From Nitrososphaerota archaeon (GTDB lineage: Archaea > Thermoproteota > Nitrososphaeria > Nitrososphaerales > UBA57): a DNA stretch of 32,000 nt. The first letter of the stretch is position 1. Every line of letters starts with the position of its first letter. The position numbers and the translations under genes were made by a program. The stretch covers positions 1 to 32,000 of the forward strand of contig PAVW01000006.1 in NCBI GenBank assembly GCA_002713205.1. Reading direction: 5' to 3'. Shown piece by piece: positions 18,087 through 27,305 of the stretch. The notes beneath the pieces are model-generated. The model made no database searches and was not told the origin of the DNA. It saw only the letters and a program-made list of their open reading frames with translations.

Positions 18087-18791
18087 TTAATTTTGTTTTG
18101 GCATGTGGTAGTCTTCGTCGGCAATATTTCCATCTTCAACAGTAATTATACGAGAAGCTTGTTGGGCAACGACAGGATCATGAGTAATAAGAATTATAGT
18201 TTTTTTGGTATTTTTATTAAGATTGTATAATAAATCTATAATAGACATGGAAGTTTTAGTATCAAGATTTCCTGTAGGTTCATCTCCAAGAATAATTGGT
18301 GGATCAACAGATAAGGCACGAGCTATTGCTACACGTTGTTGTTGACCGCCACTAAGTTGATTAGGATTATTTCGCCATCGATCTTCTAATCCTACCATCT
18401 TAAGCATCTCATAAGCACGTTTCTTTCTTTTATAAGAATTAACACCAAGAATAGATAATGGAAGTTCTACATTTGCAAGTGCTGAAAAACGAGAAATTAA
18501 ATTAAAAGATTGAAATATAAAACCAATTTTTTTATTGCGTAAAAGAGCCAGATGAGAAGAATTAAGAGAGGTTGTTTGAATTCCATCAATAAATATTTTA
18601 CCTGAGCTTGGCGTATCTAGAGCTCCAATTAAATTTAATAATGTTGATTTTCCACTTCCTGAAGGTCCCATAATTGCAACAAATTCTCCTGTTTGAATTT
18701 TTATACTAACGTTATCGAGTGCTATTGTCTCCAGACCTTCGCCAGTATAGACCTTTCTTAATGACTCGGTTTGTAATATTTCTGAAGACAA
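18087..18791 (-). CDS. ABC transporter ATP-binding protein, MacB/LolD-type (COG1136-like)
   Basis: 234-aa ORF with Walker [11 protein letters not shown]-loop, signature [14 protein letters not shown], Walker [12 protein letters not shown] and H-loop ITHD. Confidence 0.9.
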   Translation of the reverse strand: MSSEILQTESLRKVYTGEGLETIALDNVSIKIQTGEFVAIMGPSGSGKSTLLNLIGALDTPSSGKIFIDGIQTTSLNSSHLALLRNKKIGFIFQSFNLISRFSALANVELPLSILGVNSYKRKKRAYEMLKMVGLEDRWRNNPNQLSGGQQQRVAIARALSVDPPIILGDEPTGNLDTKTSMSIIDLLYNLNKNTKKTIILITHDPVVAQQASRIITVEDGNIADEDYHMPKQN

Positions 18792-18800
18792 TTTATCTAC

Positions 18801-21569
18801 CTAGAATGGTTGATTATTGTTTCGGCGTCGCATAAGTAAGATTACAATAATAAAAACAAATATACCAGTTCCTATCATTGTTGGCGTATTAAAAAATTGT
18901 AATGAACTAGGACAATCATCTTGTTGTGATGCAAATGGTAATAAAAGATTATTCGATTCAGGACAGTTCTGAACGTTTGTAGAAATAGAATCCGATATAC
19001 TTCCATCTATATTCAAGTTAAAGAATTCTGAAATAGCATATGTATTTCCATATGAATCATCATAACTAATTACTAGTTCAATTGGAATTTGTCCATTTGG
19101 TGATGATTCACTAACTTGGAATTTAAGGCTAAAAGGAACAAGCGAATCTGGATCAACTTCACCAATATATTGAGTGCTTTCAGAATTAGTCAGAATAGAA
19201 TTAGACGGAGCAATGGATAGAGTCAAAAATTGCGCTTCTTTATCACCTATATTCAATATACTACCGATAAAACTGGCATTGCCTCCAGAAGGAATAATAG
19301 TAGGGGAAAAAGTCACTGAACTAGATTTAATATCAATATTTCCTCGAATGGTAAATCCCATCTGCCGAATTTCATCATGATGAATGCCATTAATATCTAA
19401 ATAAGATATAGAGATTTGTATTGGAAAAGAGCTATCAGTGAAACTAAGGGAAGTAAAAATATCAGGACTTATTGTAACGGATTCCAATGAATCTAATCTA
19501 TCGAATTTCCAAGTAGAACTTCCAGAATTTAAAAATATAGGAAAAGAATTTTGAACAGAAATAAATTGTAAATCTAGTACCAGATTTGATATAGGTTCAT
19601 CGTCAATATTCTGTATTATAATGTCAGATTTAGTCACACGGCCCGATTGTAATATATTATCAGGTACTTCGATAGAAATTGGTGAAGACCAGCATGCTGG
19701 AAGTAACCAAACCATATTAGGAGCAGAACAATCTTCCTTAACTACAATTCCAATTTCTTGAATTTCTTGATATATTTCCCCATTGGCAGTACGATATGAA
19801 ACAGTTATTGACACAAAGTATAATCCTTGTTGAGCAGTCGGAGATACATACGTTTTAAAAGTTAATGATTTTAGATCACCTGATTCCAACAAGCCTATTT
19901 TTCTCTCAGTATCACCTTCAGCAGTACTTAAGAAGCCTTGAGAATTAGAATAGGATAATAAAACTTTGAGTGAGTAAACAGGTGCGCTTCCTATATTATC
20001 TATATCAATTACTAAATCGTTTAAAGTTCCAATGAAGAAGACATTTTCGTCTAGATTAATATCAATATCACTAACTCCTTCTATATTTATAGAAAATAAA
20101 ACACTATCAGAACGCAAAATAGAATCCTTATCTAGATATGAAAGATCAATACTAATGGTATAAGTTCCTAAAGTTGCATCATCATTTATGTTAATTAAAA
20201 ATTCTGCAGATGTGGTAGAACCACTTGATACGACATTACCGAAAGAGCTAGAGATAAAATTATTATTAGTAGTTGTAAATGGATTAGTTAGCACAAGGGT
20301 ACCTTGAATACCACTAATAGGACCTGTATCTCGATTTTGGATTACAATTGTAAGTCCAACACCCTTATCCCCAGGTTCAACATTTATTTTGTTGTTATCA
20401 GAACCCCAAAATGCATCTACAAGTACAATTCCTCGCCGACTCATTTCATCAATTCGAATATTAATTGTACGAGTTTCTAAGATGTCATTACCAAATGAAT
20501 CTGTATAAACCATATTACAGGTCAATTGGAAAGTTTGTCCAGCAGTAGAAATTGGAGCAAATATTGATGGCATAAGTGTAACTGAGCTATTAGGTGAAAG
20601 TGAGCTAAATTTCCATTTATTATCTGAGCTTATTAGACTTAATGGTGGAGGAATAGTAATAGAAAAATCCACAGAGCCTGTACGTCTTGTTCCTTCATTA
20701 GTAATAATAAGTTCTAGATCGTTAGATTGGTTTGGAGAAAATGTCTGCATATTTGAAGTAATTTTCAAAAAACTACGTCCAGTTATTTGAACTTTAATTT
20801 CTCTATCTATAGATGTACCAATTATAGAATCAATAGTTTTATAATTAACAATCAATGGTAATTTTAGAAGTTCTAATTTAGCAGTATCATCAATATCAAC
20901 TAAAAAGTTAAAAGATAAACTGTTTCCAGACTTTAACGTAGTAGAAGAAATATCAAACAATCGATTGCCGCCAGTACGATTTGTCAAATGTCGAGGAAGA
21001 GTAATAGTAATAGAAACATCAGTAATATCAAAATAACCACCATGTCTAATAATAACATTCAAATTAGAACCTAGATCTCCAGGGGCTACCTCAATTGGAA
21101 CTTCTTGCGTACCCCAATCGGAAAAGAGAATTTCAAATTGTGTAACGAATATCTTCAATTCATAATTACCAGTACCTGAGAATTTTCTTCCGGATATTTT
21201 TAAGTAATAATGACCCGATTCTAATACCGTATAATCAATTGATTCATCTTCACCTGTACGTTTTTTTGACGAAGCTAATTCAATTTCATTATTATCTGCA
21301 CTGTCTGGATCAAACAAAAATAGATTTAAATCGCTACCAGAAGGAACATCAAGCAATATAGAAATGTCTTGACCTGCAAGAACATGAATTTTATAATAAA
21401 CTTCAACACTATACCCTTCCGCCCATGTTCCATCGATTTGACCAGAGGAAATTAATTCTGCATTGGAGATGGAGCTTTCTGCATTAACAGGAGGAATAAT
21501 TAAGAACAATTGACTAAGAAGAAGAATCAAAACAAGGAATATCACTAATAGGGATTTAATATTATACAT
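18801..21569 (-). CDS. large secreted/anchored surface protein: signal peptide, PPC-like N-terminal domain, about 6 CARDB/COG1361-like repeats, C-terminal TM anchor
   Basis: 922-aa ORF. Signal LLLSQLFLIIPPVNAES. PPC-like segment (GQDISILLDVPSGSDLNLFLFDPD...GHYYLKISG...GNYELKI). Recurring module ends: LPLIVNYKT, LTCNMVYTDSFGN, ISIDLSYLDKD, VSITVSYRTANGE, IQISISYLDINGI, IELVISYDDSYGN. C-terminus IGTGIFVFIIVILLMRRRNN. Confidence 0.7.
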   Translation of the reverse strand: MYNIKSLLVIFLVLILLLSQLFLIIPPVNAESSISNAELISSGQIDGTWAEGYSVEVYYKIHVLAGQDISILLDVPSGSDLNLFLFDPDSADNNEIELASSKKRTGEDESIDYTVLESGHYYLKISGRKFSGTGNYELKIFVTQFEILFSDWGTQEVPIEVAPGDLGSNLNVIIRHGGYFDITDVSITITLPRHLTNRTGGNRLFDISSTTLKSGNSLSFNFLVDIDDTAKLELLKLPLIVNYKTIDSIIGTSIDREIKVQITGRSFLKITSNMQTFSPNQSNDLELIITNEGTRRTGSVDFSITIPPPLSLISSDNKWKFSSLSPNSSVTLMPSIFAPISTAGQTFQLTCNMVYTDSFGNDILETRTINIRIDEMSRRGIVLVDAFWGSDNNKINVEPGDKGVGLTIVIQNRDTGPISGIQGTLVLTNPFTTTNNNFISSSFGNVVSSGSTTSAEFLININDDATLGTYTISIDLSYLDKDSILRSDSVLFSINIEGVSDIDINLDENVFFIGTLNDLVIDIDNIGSAPVYSLKVLLSYSNSQGFLSTAEGDTERKIGLLESGDLKSLTFKTYVSPTAQQGLYFVSITVSYRTANGEIYQEIQEIGIVVKEDCSAPNMVWLLPACWSSPISIEVPDNILQSGRVTKSDIIIQNIDDEPISNLVLDLQFISVQNSFPIFLNSGSSTWKFDRLDSLESVTISPDIFTSLSFTDSSFPIQISISYLDINGIHHDEIRQMGFTIRGNIDIKSSSVTFSPTIIPSGGNASFIGSILNIGDKEAQFLTLSIAPSNSILTNSESTQYIGEVDPDSLVPFSLKFQVSESSPNGQIPIELVISYDDSYGNTYAISEFFNLNIDGSISDSISTNVQNCPESNNLLLPFASQQDDCPSSLQFFNTPTMIGTGIFVFIIVILLMRRRNNNQPF

Positions 21570-21666
21570 ATTGAATCATGTTGACTATCAATAGATATAA
21601 TAATTGCTATTAAAAAAAATACCATTAGGCATCATAATATAGAATATAAAAAAACAATTTTAGAAG

Positions 21667-21762
21667 TGGACCGGGAGGGATTTGAACCCTCGACCTCCCC
21701 CATGCCAAGGGGGTATCCTACCAAACTAGACGAATGGCCGTTATAATAAAAAGTTCCAGCCC
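21667..21762 (-). tRNA. tRNA-Ala (anticodon GGC) with a 22-nt intron at the acceptor-stem / position-8 junction
   Basis: Reverse complement: gggctgg[aactttttattataacggccat]tc gtct agtttggta ggat a ccccc ttggcat ggggg aggtc gaggg ttcaaat ccctc ccggtcc a. This acceptor choice gives G3:U70. Anticodon at + 21704-21706, insert at 21734-21755. Confidence 0.7.
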
Positions 21763-21823
21763 GTCGTGAAAAAATATCCAGTCCATTTATATTAAAAAAA
21801 CTAATATGCTTAAGTGTTTAAGA

Positions 21824-22270
21824 TTATATGAATTTAATATTATTCTTTTTAAGTTGGTTTTTTATTTGAATTGATATATCTTTTAATTCATCATGAGTAA
21901 AGTTTTTTCTCAATGGCCAAAAATTATTTCCGGTATCATTATTAAATCGAGGAATAATATGAACATGAACATGAAATATATCTTGACTTGCAGCTTTTCC
22001 ATTGGATTGACCTATATTAACACCATCTGCATGAACAATACCCCATACCACATTTGTCAATATAGAAACAATCTCAAATAATTTTGATACGTCATCTTTT
22101 TTCATATCAATTATGTAAGGATAATGTTGTTTAGGTAAAACTAACAAATGACCGCGATTTATAGGAAATTTATCCATGATGGAGATAAATGATGAATTTT
22201 CGAAGATAATAATTGCTTCTTGCGTACCTTGAATAATATCACAAAAAACACATTTTTGCTTCATAATCAT
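21824..22270 (-). CDS. HIT (histidine triad) family nucleotide hydrolase/transferase
   Basis: 148-aa ORF with CVFCDI near the N-terminus and the triad HVHVHIIPR. Confidence 0.85.
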   Translation of the reverse strand: MIMKQKCVFCDIIQGTQEAIIIFENSSFISIMDKFPINRGHLLVLPKQHYPYIIDMKKDDVSKLFEIVSILTNVVWGIVHADGVNIGQSNGKAASQDIFHVHVHIIPRFNNDTGNNFWPLRKNFTHDELKDISIQIKNQLKKNNIKFI

Positions 22271-22302
22271 TCACAATATAATATAAAAAATAAGACTCGT
22301 CT

Positions 22303-22309
22303 ATAAATG
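22303..22309 (+). promoter_or_regulatory. candidate TATA box for a leaderless transcript starting at the ilvB upstream ORF
   Basis: tataaat lies about 26-32 nt upstream of the ATG at 22335. Weak evidence in AT-rich DNA. Confidence 0.25.
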
Positions 22310-22334
22310 AACCGAAATCCGATATATTTATATC

Positions 22335-22430
22335 ATGAATAATGTTGGAATTAATTTAACTGCTATGAAAAATAATTCAGGATTTTCTAAAGTATCAATT
22401 TTTGTAGTTATTCGTTTAGTTGTCAATTGA
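22335..22430 (+). CDS. candidate 31-aa leader peptide upstream of ilvB (MNNVGINLTAMKNNSGFSKVSIFVVIRLVVN)
   Basis: ATG at 22335-22337 and TGA at 22428-22430, translated by hand. 8 of the last 12 residues are Val/Ile/Leu. Too short for the ORF track. No homology evidence. Confidence 0.25.
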   Translation: MNNVGINLTAMKNNSGFSKVSIFVVIRLVVN

Positions 22431-22433
22431 CAA
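22420..22433. promoter_or_regulatory. perfect 14-bp palindrome TTGTCAATTGACAA (possible operator or RNA hairpin)
   Basis: Self-complementary over all 14 nt. It overlaps the uORF stop codon and lies 30 nt upstream of the ilvB ATG. A T7 run follows 7 nt later at 22441-22447. Confidence 0.35.
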
Positions 22434-22462
22434 TAGCGAATTTTTTTGCTGTTTATCATTAA

Positions 22463-24166
22463 ATGGGAGATGTATTTATCTTGGTTGAAATAACTGGTGC
22501 TGAAGCTCTTATAAAGGCATTAATAAACGAAAAAGTAGAGGGTATTTTTGGATTACCTGGCGGTGCAAATCTACCTATGTATGATACACTATATGATAGT
22601 GAAATTCGTCATATTTTAGCTCGACATGAACAGTGTGCGGCACATATGGCAGATGGATATGCAAGAGCGTCAAGGAAACCGGGTGTTTGTTTTGCAACAT
22701 CAGGTCCAGGAGCTACTAATCTAATTACAGGAATTGCAACTGCTTTTGCAGATTCTTCACCAATGGTAGCAATAACTGGGCAAGTGGCGACAAATATGAT
22801 AGGAAAAGATGCATTTCAAGAATGTGATACAATAGGTATTGCTACACCAGTTACAAAATATACATATCAACCACTTACATCTGCTGAAGTTCCACAGATG
22901 ATAAAAAATGCATTTCATATTGCTACATCTGGCAGGCCAGGTCCTGTTTTAGTTGATATACCTAAAAATGCTCAGGTTGATAAAATGGATATTACTTTTC
23001 CGAAAAAAGTGAATTTACGAAAAGCAAATCCTATAAACTCGCCTGACATTACAATGGTGAGCAAAGCAGCAGAATTATTGTTAAAAGCAGAAAGACCAAT
23101 GATAATGACAGGAGGAGGCACAATAATATCCGGTGCATTCAGAGAACTCCAAGCCGTGGCAGAATTTTTAATGTCTCCAGTTGTATCAACATTTAAAGGA
23201 AAGGGCGGATTTTCAGAAACACATTATCTTTCTCTAGGCCCAATTGGAATGCATGGCCATATTGAAGCAAACAAATTAGTATTGGAGGCAGATGTACTAC
23301 TAGCTGCAGGAGCAAGATTTTCTGATCGTTCAGTTGGAAAATGGGATGAATTTGCTAATGAAATGAAAATAATTCATGCAGATATAGATCCATCAGAAAT
23401 AGGAAAAAATAAAGATGCGGATATTGGTCTAATAGGCGATATAAAAAATACATTAAAGCTATTATTATCGTCATTAGAACAGAAAGCAAAAAGTAAGAAT
23501 GAAGACTATCCATGGATTAAACATGTTAAAGAAATAAGAGATATTTGGAGAAGTAAACCATTACCAGCACCAAGAGAAATTACTGGGCCAAGACTATTAA
23601 AGAAAATGAGAGAGATTCTGCCTGCTGCTTGTCTTTATACAACAGAAGTGGGTCAGCATCAAATGTGGGCATCATTACACTTTGATGTTATAGAACCTGG
23701 GACATTCTTTACATCAACAGGTCTAGGAACAATGGGTTGGGGTCTTCCAGCTGCTGTCGGTGCAAAATTTGCCAGGCCAGATTTACCCGTAATTGATATA
23801 GCAGGAGATGGAAGTGTGCAAATGACTGAATCAACATTAGCAACTTCTGTGACAGAAGATTTGCCTGTAATAACAGTAATTTTTAACAATGGAATGTTAG
23901 GAATGGTAGCTCAATGGCAAAGATTATTCTATGAAAGAAAATACATGGGTGTGGAATTAAAAGGACTACCAGACTATGTGAAAATTGCAGAGGCGTATGG
24001 TGCAGAAGGGATAAGAGCCCAGTCTATGAATGAATTTGAAAAGGCATTGAAATCAGCTCTAAATAGTAACATTGCTACAATTATAGATGTACCAATAAAT
24101 CCAGAAGAAGATGTATTTCCATTTGTTGTTCCAAATACTGCTCTAAAAGACATGGTAATAGCCTAA
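22463..24166 (+). CDS. ilvB: acetolactate synthase (acetohydroxyacid synthase) large catalytic subunit
   Basis: 567-aa ThDP enzyme with GAEALIKAL...GLPGG, AFQECD, GARFSDRS, GLGTMGWGLPAAVGA, GDGSVQM and NNGMLGMVAQWQRLFY. No ilvN-like small subunit follows. Confidence 0.9.
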   Translation: MGDVFILVEITGAEALIKALINEKVEGIFGLPGGANLPMYDTLYDSEIRHILARHEQCAAHMADGYARASRKPGVCFATSGPGATNLITGIATAFADSSPMVAITGQVATNMIGKDAFQECDTIGIATPVTKYTYQPLTSAEVPQMIKNAFHIATSGRPGPVLVDIPKNAQVDKMDITFPKKVNLRKANPINSPDITMVSKAAELLLKAERPMIMTGGGTIISGAFRELQAVAEFLMSPVVSTFKGKGGFSETHYLSLGPIGMHGHIEANKLVLEADVLLAAGARFSDRSVGKWDEFANEMKIIHADIDPSEIGKNKDADIGLIGDIKNTLKLLLSSLEQKAKSKNEDYPWIKHVKEIRDIWRSKPLPAPREITGPRLLKKMREILPAACLYTTEVGQHQMWASLHFDVIEPGTFFTSTGLGTMGWGLPAAVGAKFARPDLPVIDIAGDGSVQMTESTLATSVTEDLPVITVIFNNGMLGMVAQWQRLFYERKYMGVELKGLPDYVKIAEAYGAEGIRAQSMNEFEKALKSALNSNIATIIDVPINPEEDVFPFVVPNTALKDMVIA

Positions 24167-24254
24167 GAATATTGGAAAAAAATTAGTTAAATAAAGAATA
24201 ATAGATGGTAGAAACACAACAATTTTATTGTATTCCGAGTTAGAATTTTAAGAA

Positions 24255-25172
24255 TTGCCTAGAAGAAATCACGGTAATAATAAGAGCGGTCAAGAACTTC
24301 AGAAACCAGAGTGGTTAAAGATTAGTTTGAGCAAGGATGCGAATTATTCACATATTAAAAAATTAACAAAAATGTCAAATTTACATACTGTATGTGAAGA
24401 AGCCAATTGTCCGAATATTTATGAATGTTGGAATGGAGGAACAGCAACTTTCATGCTATTAGGAGATGTTTGTACTCGTGTATGCAAATTTTGTTATGTG
24501 AAATCTGGAAAACCAAATGGAATAGTAGATAGTTTTGAGCCAGAAAATGTTGCAAAGACTGTTAACAAATTAAATTTTAAATATGTAGTTCTAACATCTG
24601 TTAATCGTGATGATCTTGATGACGGAGGAGCTAGTCATTTTGCACAAACAGTAAATGAAATTCATAAGATCAATCCAAAGATTTTAGTTGAAGTATTGAT
24701 TCCTGACTTTGCTAATGATTTGTCTTCATTATCGACTATTGTGAATTCTAAACCAACAGTAGTTGCACATAATATAGAAACTACAGAGTCATTAAGTCCA
24801 ATGATACGAGATATCAGAGCAGATTATCATAAATCATTGAATGTATTAAAGACAATAAAAAAGATTGAACCTAAAATTTATACTAAATCATCAATTATGT
24901 TAGGATTAGGGGAAACAGAAAACGAGGTAATTCGCACCATGAGAGATTTAAGAAAAGTAGATGTAGACATAATAACACTAGGTCAATATCTACAACCATC
25001 TTCATTTCATGCGCAAATAAAAGAATACGTGCATCCTAAAAAATTTAAAAAATTAAAATCCATTGGATTAAAAATGGGATTTATGTACATTGCTGCTGGG
25101 CCATTAGTTAGAAGTTCGTATAAAGCAGGAGAATTGTTTGTAACAAGTATCAAGAGAGAAAAAAGAACATGA
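24255..25172 (+). CDS. lipA: lipoyl synthase
   Basis: 305-aa ORF with KPEWLK, the auxiliary cluster CEEANCPNIYEC and the radical-SAM motif CTRVCKFC. TTG start. Its stop overlaps the next gene start (ATGA). Confidence 0.9.
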   Translation: MPRRNHGNNKSGQELQKPEWLKISLSKDANYSHIKKLTKMSNLHTVCEEANCPNIYECWNGGTATFMLLGDVCTRVCKFCYVKSGKPNGIVDSFEPENVAKTVNKLNFKYVVLTSVNRDDLDDGGASHFAQTVNEIHKINPKILVEVLIPDFANDLSSLSTIVNSKPTVVAHNIETTESLSPMIRDIRADYHKSLNVLKTIKKIEPKIYTKSSIMLGLGETENEVIRTMRDLRKVDVDIITLGQYLQPSSFHAQIKEYVHPKKFKKLKSIGLKMGFMYIAAGPLVRSSYKAGELFVTSIKREKRT

Positions 25173-26143
25173 TAATGACATTAAATCAAGCAGTGAGAAG
25201 TGCATTAAATAATGAAATGGAAAAAAATGATAAAATTGTCCTCTTAGGAGAAGATATTGGAAAAACTGGCGGTGTTTTTCGAACGACAGAAGGTTTGTAT
25301 GATAAATTTGGGTCAAAAAGAGTAATAGATACGCCATTAAATGAATCAGGGATTGTAGGGACCGCAATTGGCATGGCATTGTATGGAATGAAACCTGTGG
25401 TTGAAATCCAATTTATGGATTTTGTATTTCCAGCGTTTGATCAGATAGTTTCGGATCTTTCTAAATTTAGATATAGAACAGGAGGTGCTTACAGTTGTCC
25501 AATAGTGATTAGAATGCCATATGGCGGAGGAATTAAAGGAGCTTCGTATCATTCGCAAAGTGGTGAAACTCATTTTGTACATACGGCAGGGCTAAAAGTA
25601 ATCATACCTTCAACACCATATGATACCAAAGGATTATTAATATCTGCAATGCGAGATGATGATCCGGTTATTTTCTTTGAACCAAAAAGATTCTATAGAT
25701 CAATTAAAGAAGATATTCCTGAAGAATCTTTTACCATACCAATAGGTAAAGCAAACATTATTGAAGAAGGAAATGATGTAACTGTAATTAGTTATGGTGC
25801 AACCATGCAAACAGTAAAAGAGGCTACGTCAATAATAAAAGAAGAAGGAATAAATCCAGAAGTAATTGATTTAAGAAGCCTCTCACCTCTAGATTCAAAT
25901 ACGATATTGCAATCAGCAAAAAAAACAGGCAGAGTAGTCATTGTACATGAAGCACCAAAAACACTTGGAATGAGTGCAGAGATTTCAGCATTAATATCTG
26001 AAAACTGTTTAGAGTATTTAGAAGCACCAATACAAAGAGTAACAGGCTTAGATACGCCATTTCCATACACATTAGAAAAACAATATTTACCTGATGTGAA
26101 CAGAATATATAAAAAAATTAAATTAACGGTAGAATACACTTAG
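25169..26143 (+). CDS. 2-oxoacid dehydrogenase E1 component, beta subunit
   Basis: 324-aa ORF with transketolase-like pyrimidine-binding and C-terminal domains: LLGEDIG..GGVFRTTEGL, VIDTPLNESGIVGTAIGMA, QFMDF. Confidence 0.9.
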   Translation: MIMTLNQAVRSALNNEMEKNDKIVLLGEDIGKTGGVFRTTEGLYDKFGSKRVIDTPLNESGIVGTAIGMALYGMKPVVEIQFMDFVFPAFDQIVSDLSKFRYRTGGAYSCPIVIRMPYGGGIKGASYHSQSGETHFVHTAGLKVIIPSTPYDTKGLLISAMRDDDPVIFFEPKRFYRSIKEDIPEESFTIPIGKANIIEEGNDVTVISYGATMQTVKEATSIIKEEGINPEVIDLRSLSPLDSNTILQSAKKTGRVVIVHEAPKTLGMSAEISALISENCLEYLEAPIQRVTGLDTPFPYTLEKQYLPDVNRIYKKIKLTVEYT

Positions 26144-26150
26144 TGATTAT

Positions 26151-27305
26151 ATGGTATACAATTTTAGATTAGCTGACATAGGAGAAGGGATTGTAGAAGG
26201 CGAGATAAGTAAGTGGTTTGTTAAAAAAGGAGACATTGTAAAGGAAAATCAACCATTAGTAGAAGTAATTACTGAGAAAGTAACAGTAGAATTACCATCT
26301 CCAGTAAATGGAAAAATAATTGAAATAGGACCAGATTCAGGTAAAATAGTAAAAGTTGGCGAAACTGTGGTTATTATAGACGATGGTAGTAAAACAGAAA
26401 CAAATCAAGAAATACAAGTACCAGAAATAAAAAATCAAATAAAAAATGAATTAAGGAAAAACAATGAAAATAAAAAAATAATTGCTACTCCCGCAGTAAA
26501 GAGATTAGCAAAAGAATTGGGAATAAATTTAATAAAAGTGATCGGTACAGGAGAAAATGGGAAAATTATTGAAAAAGATGTAAAACGTTTTTCAAAACTC
26601 CAAGATTCCAATAATGAAGAAAGAATATCAATAAAAGGAACGCGAAAAACAATTGCAGAACGATTATCGAAATCATCACATAGAGTAGTGCAAGCTTGGA
26701 TTATGGAAGAGATAGACATGAATAGAGTTTCAGAATTAAAAACAAAATTAAAAGATCATAGAAATAAAGAAATTAAATTAACTTACATGCCATTTATCAT
26801 AAAAGCCGTAATCGAATCATTAAAAACTAATCCTAAGATTAATGCATCATTAGATGAAGAAACTAACGACATAGTAATAAAAAGAGATTTCAACATAGGA
26901 ATAGCAACAGATACAGAGCAAGGATTAGTAGTTCCAGTAATTCAAAAAGCACAAGAAAAAAATATTTTTGAGCTTGCAAAAGAAATTAATGAATTAGTAA
27001 GTTTAGCAAAGAACAATAAATTAAATATTGAAAATCTACAAGGAGGAACATTTACAGTTACAAATATAGGATCTATTGGTGGAATATCATCAATACCAAT
27101 TGTCAATCACCCAGAGGTAGCAATTCTTGCAGTAAATAAAATTATGAAAAAAGTCGTACTTTGGGAAAATGAAATTATTGCCAGAGATAGAGTGTATTTG
27201 TCATTATCCTTTGATCATAGAGTTTTAGATGGTGCAGATATTGCAAGATTCCTGAATTCAATTAAAGATTATTTGCAAGATCCAGATAGATTAATTCAAC
27301 AATGA
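26151..27305 (+). CDS. dihydrolipoamide acyltransferase (E2) of a 2-oxoacid dehydrogenase complex
   Basis: 384-aa ORF. Lipoyl domain (DIGEGIVEGEI...VEVITEKVTVELPSPVNGKI), peripheral-subunit-binding domain (ATPAVKRLAKELGINL) and catalytic domain with SFDHRVLDGA. Confidence 0.9.
   Translation: MVYNFRLADIGEGIVEGEISKWFVKKGDIVKENQPLVEVITEKVTVELPSPVNGKIIEIGPDSGKIVKVGETVVIIDDGSKTETNQEIQVPEIKNQIKNELRKNNENKKIIATPAVKRLAKELGINLIKVIGTGENGKIIEKDVKRFSKLQDSNNEERISIKGTRKTIAERLSKSSHRVVQAWIMEEIDMNRVSELKTKLKDHRNKEIKLTYMPFIIKAVIESLKTNPKINASLDEETNDIVIKRDFNIGIATDTEQGLVVPVIQKAQEKNIFELAKEINELVSLAKNNKLNIENLQGGTFTVTNIGSIGGISSIPIVNHPEVAILAVNKIMKKVVLWENEIIARDRVYLSLSFDHRVLDGADIARFLNSIKDYLQDPDRLIQQ

Noticed and set aside
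26250-26300. E2 lipoyl-attachment motif reads TEKV rather than the textbook TDKA
   Set aside because: As I recall, the Thermoplasma E2 has a similar MTDKVTV context, so a D-to-E change is probably benign. The target Lys is present.
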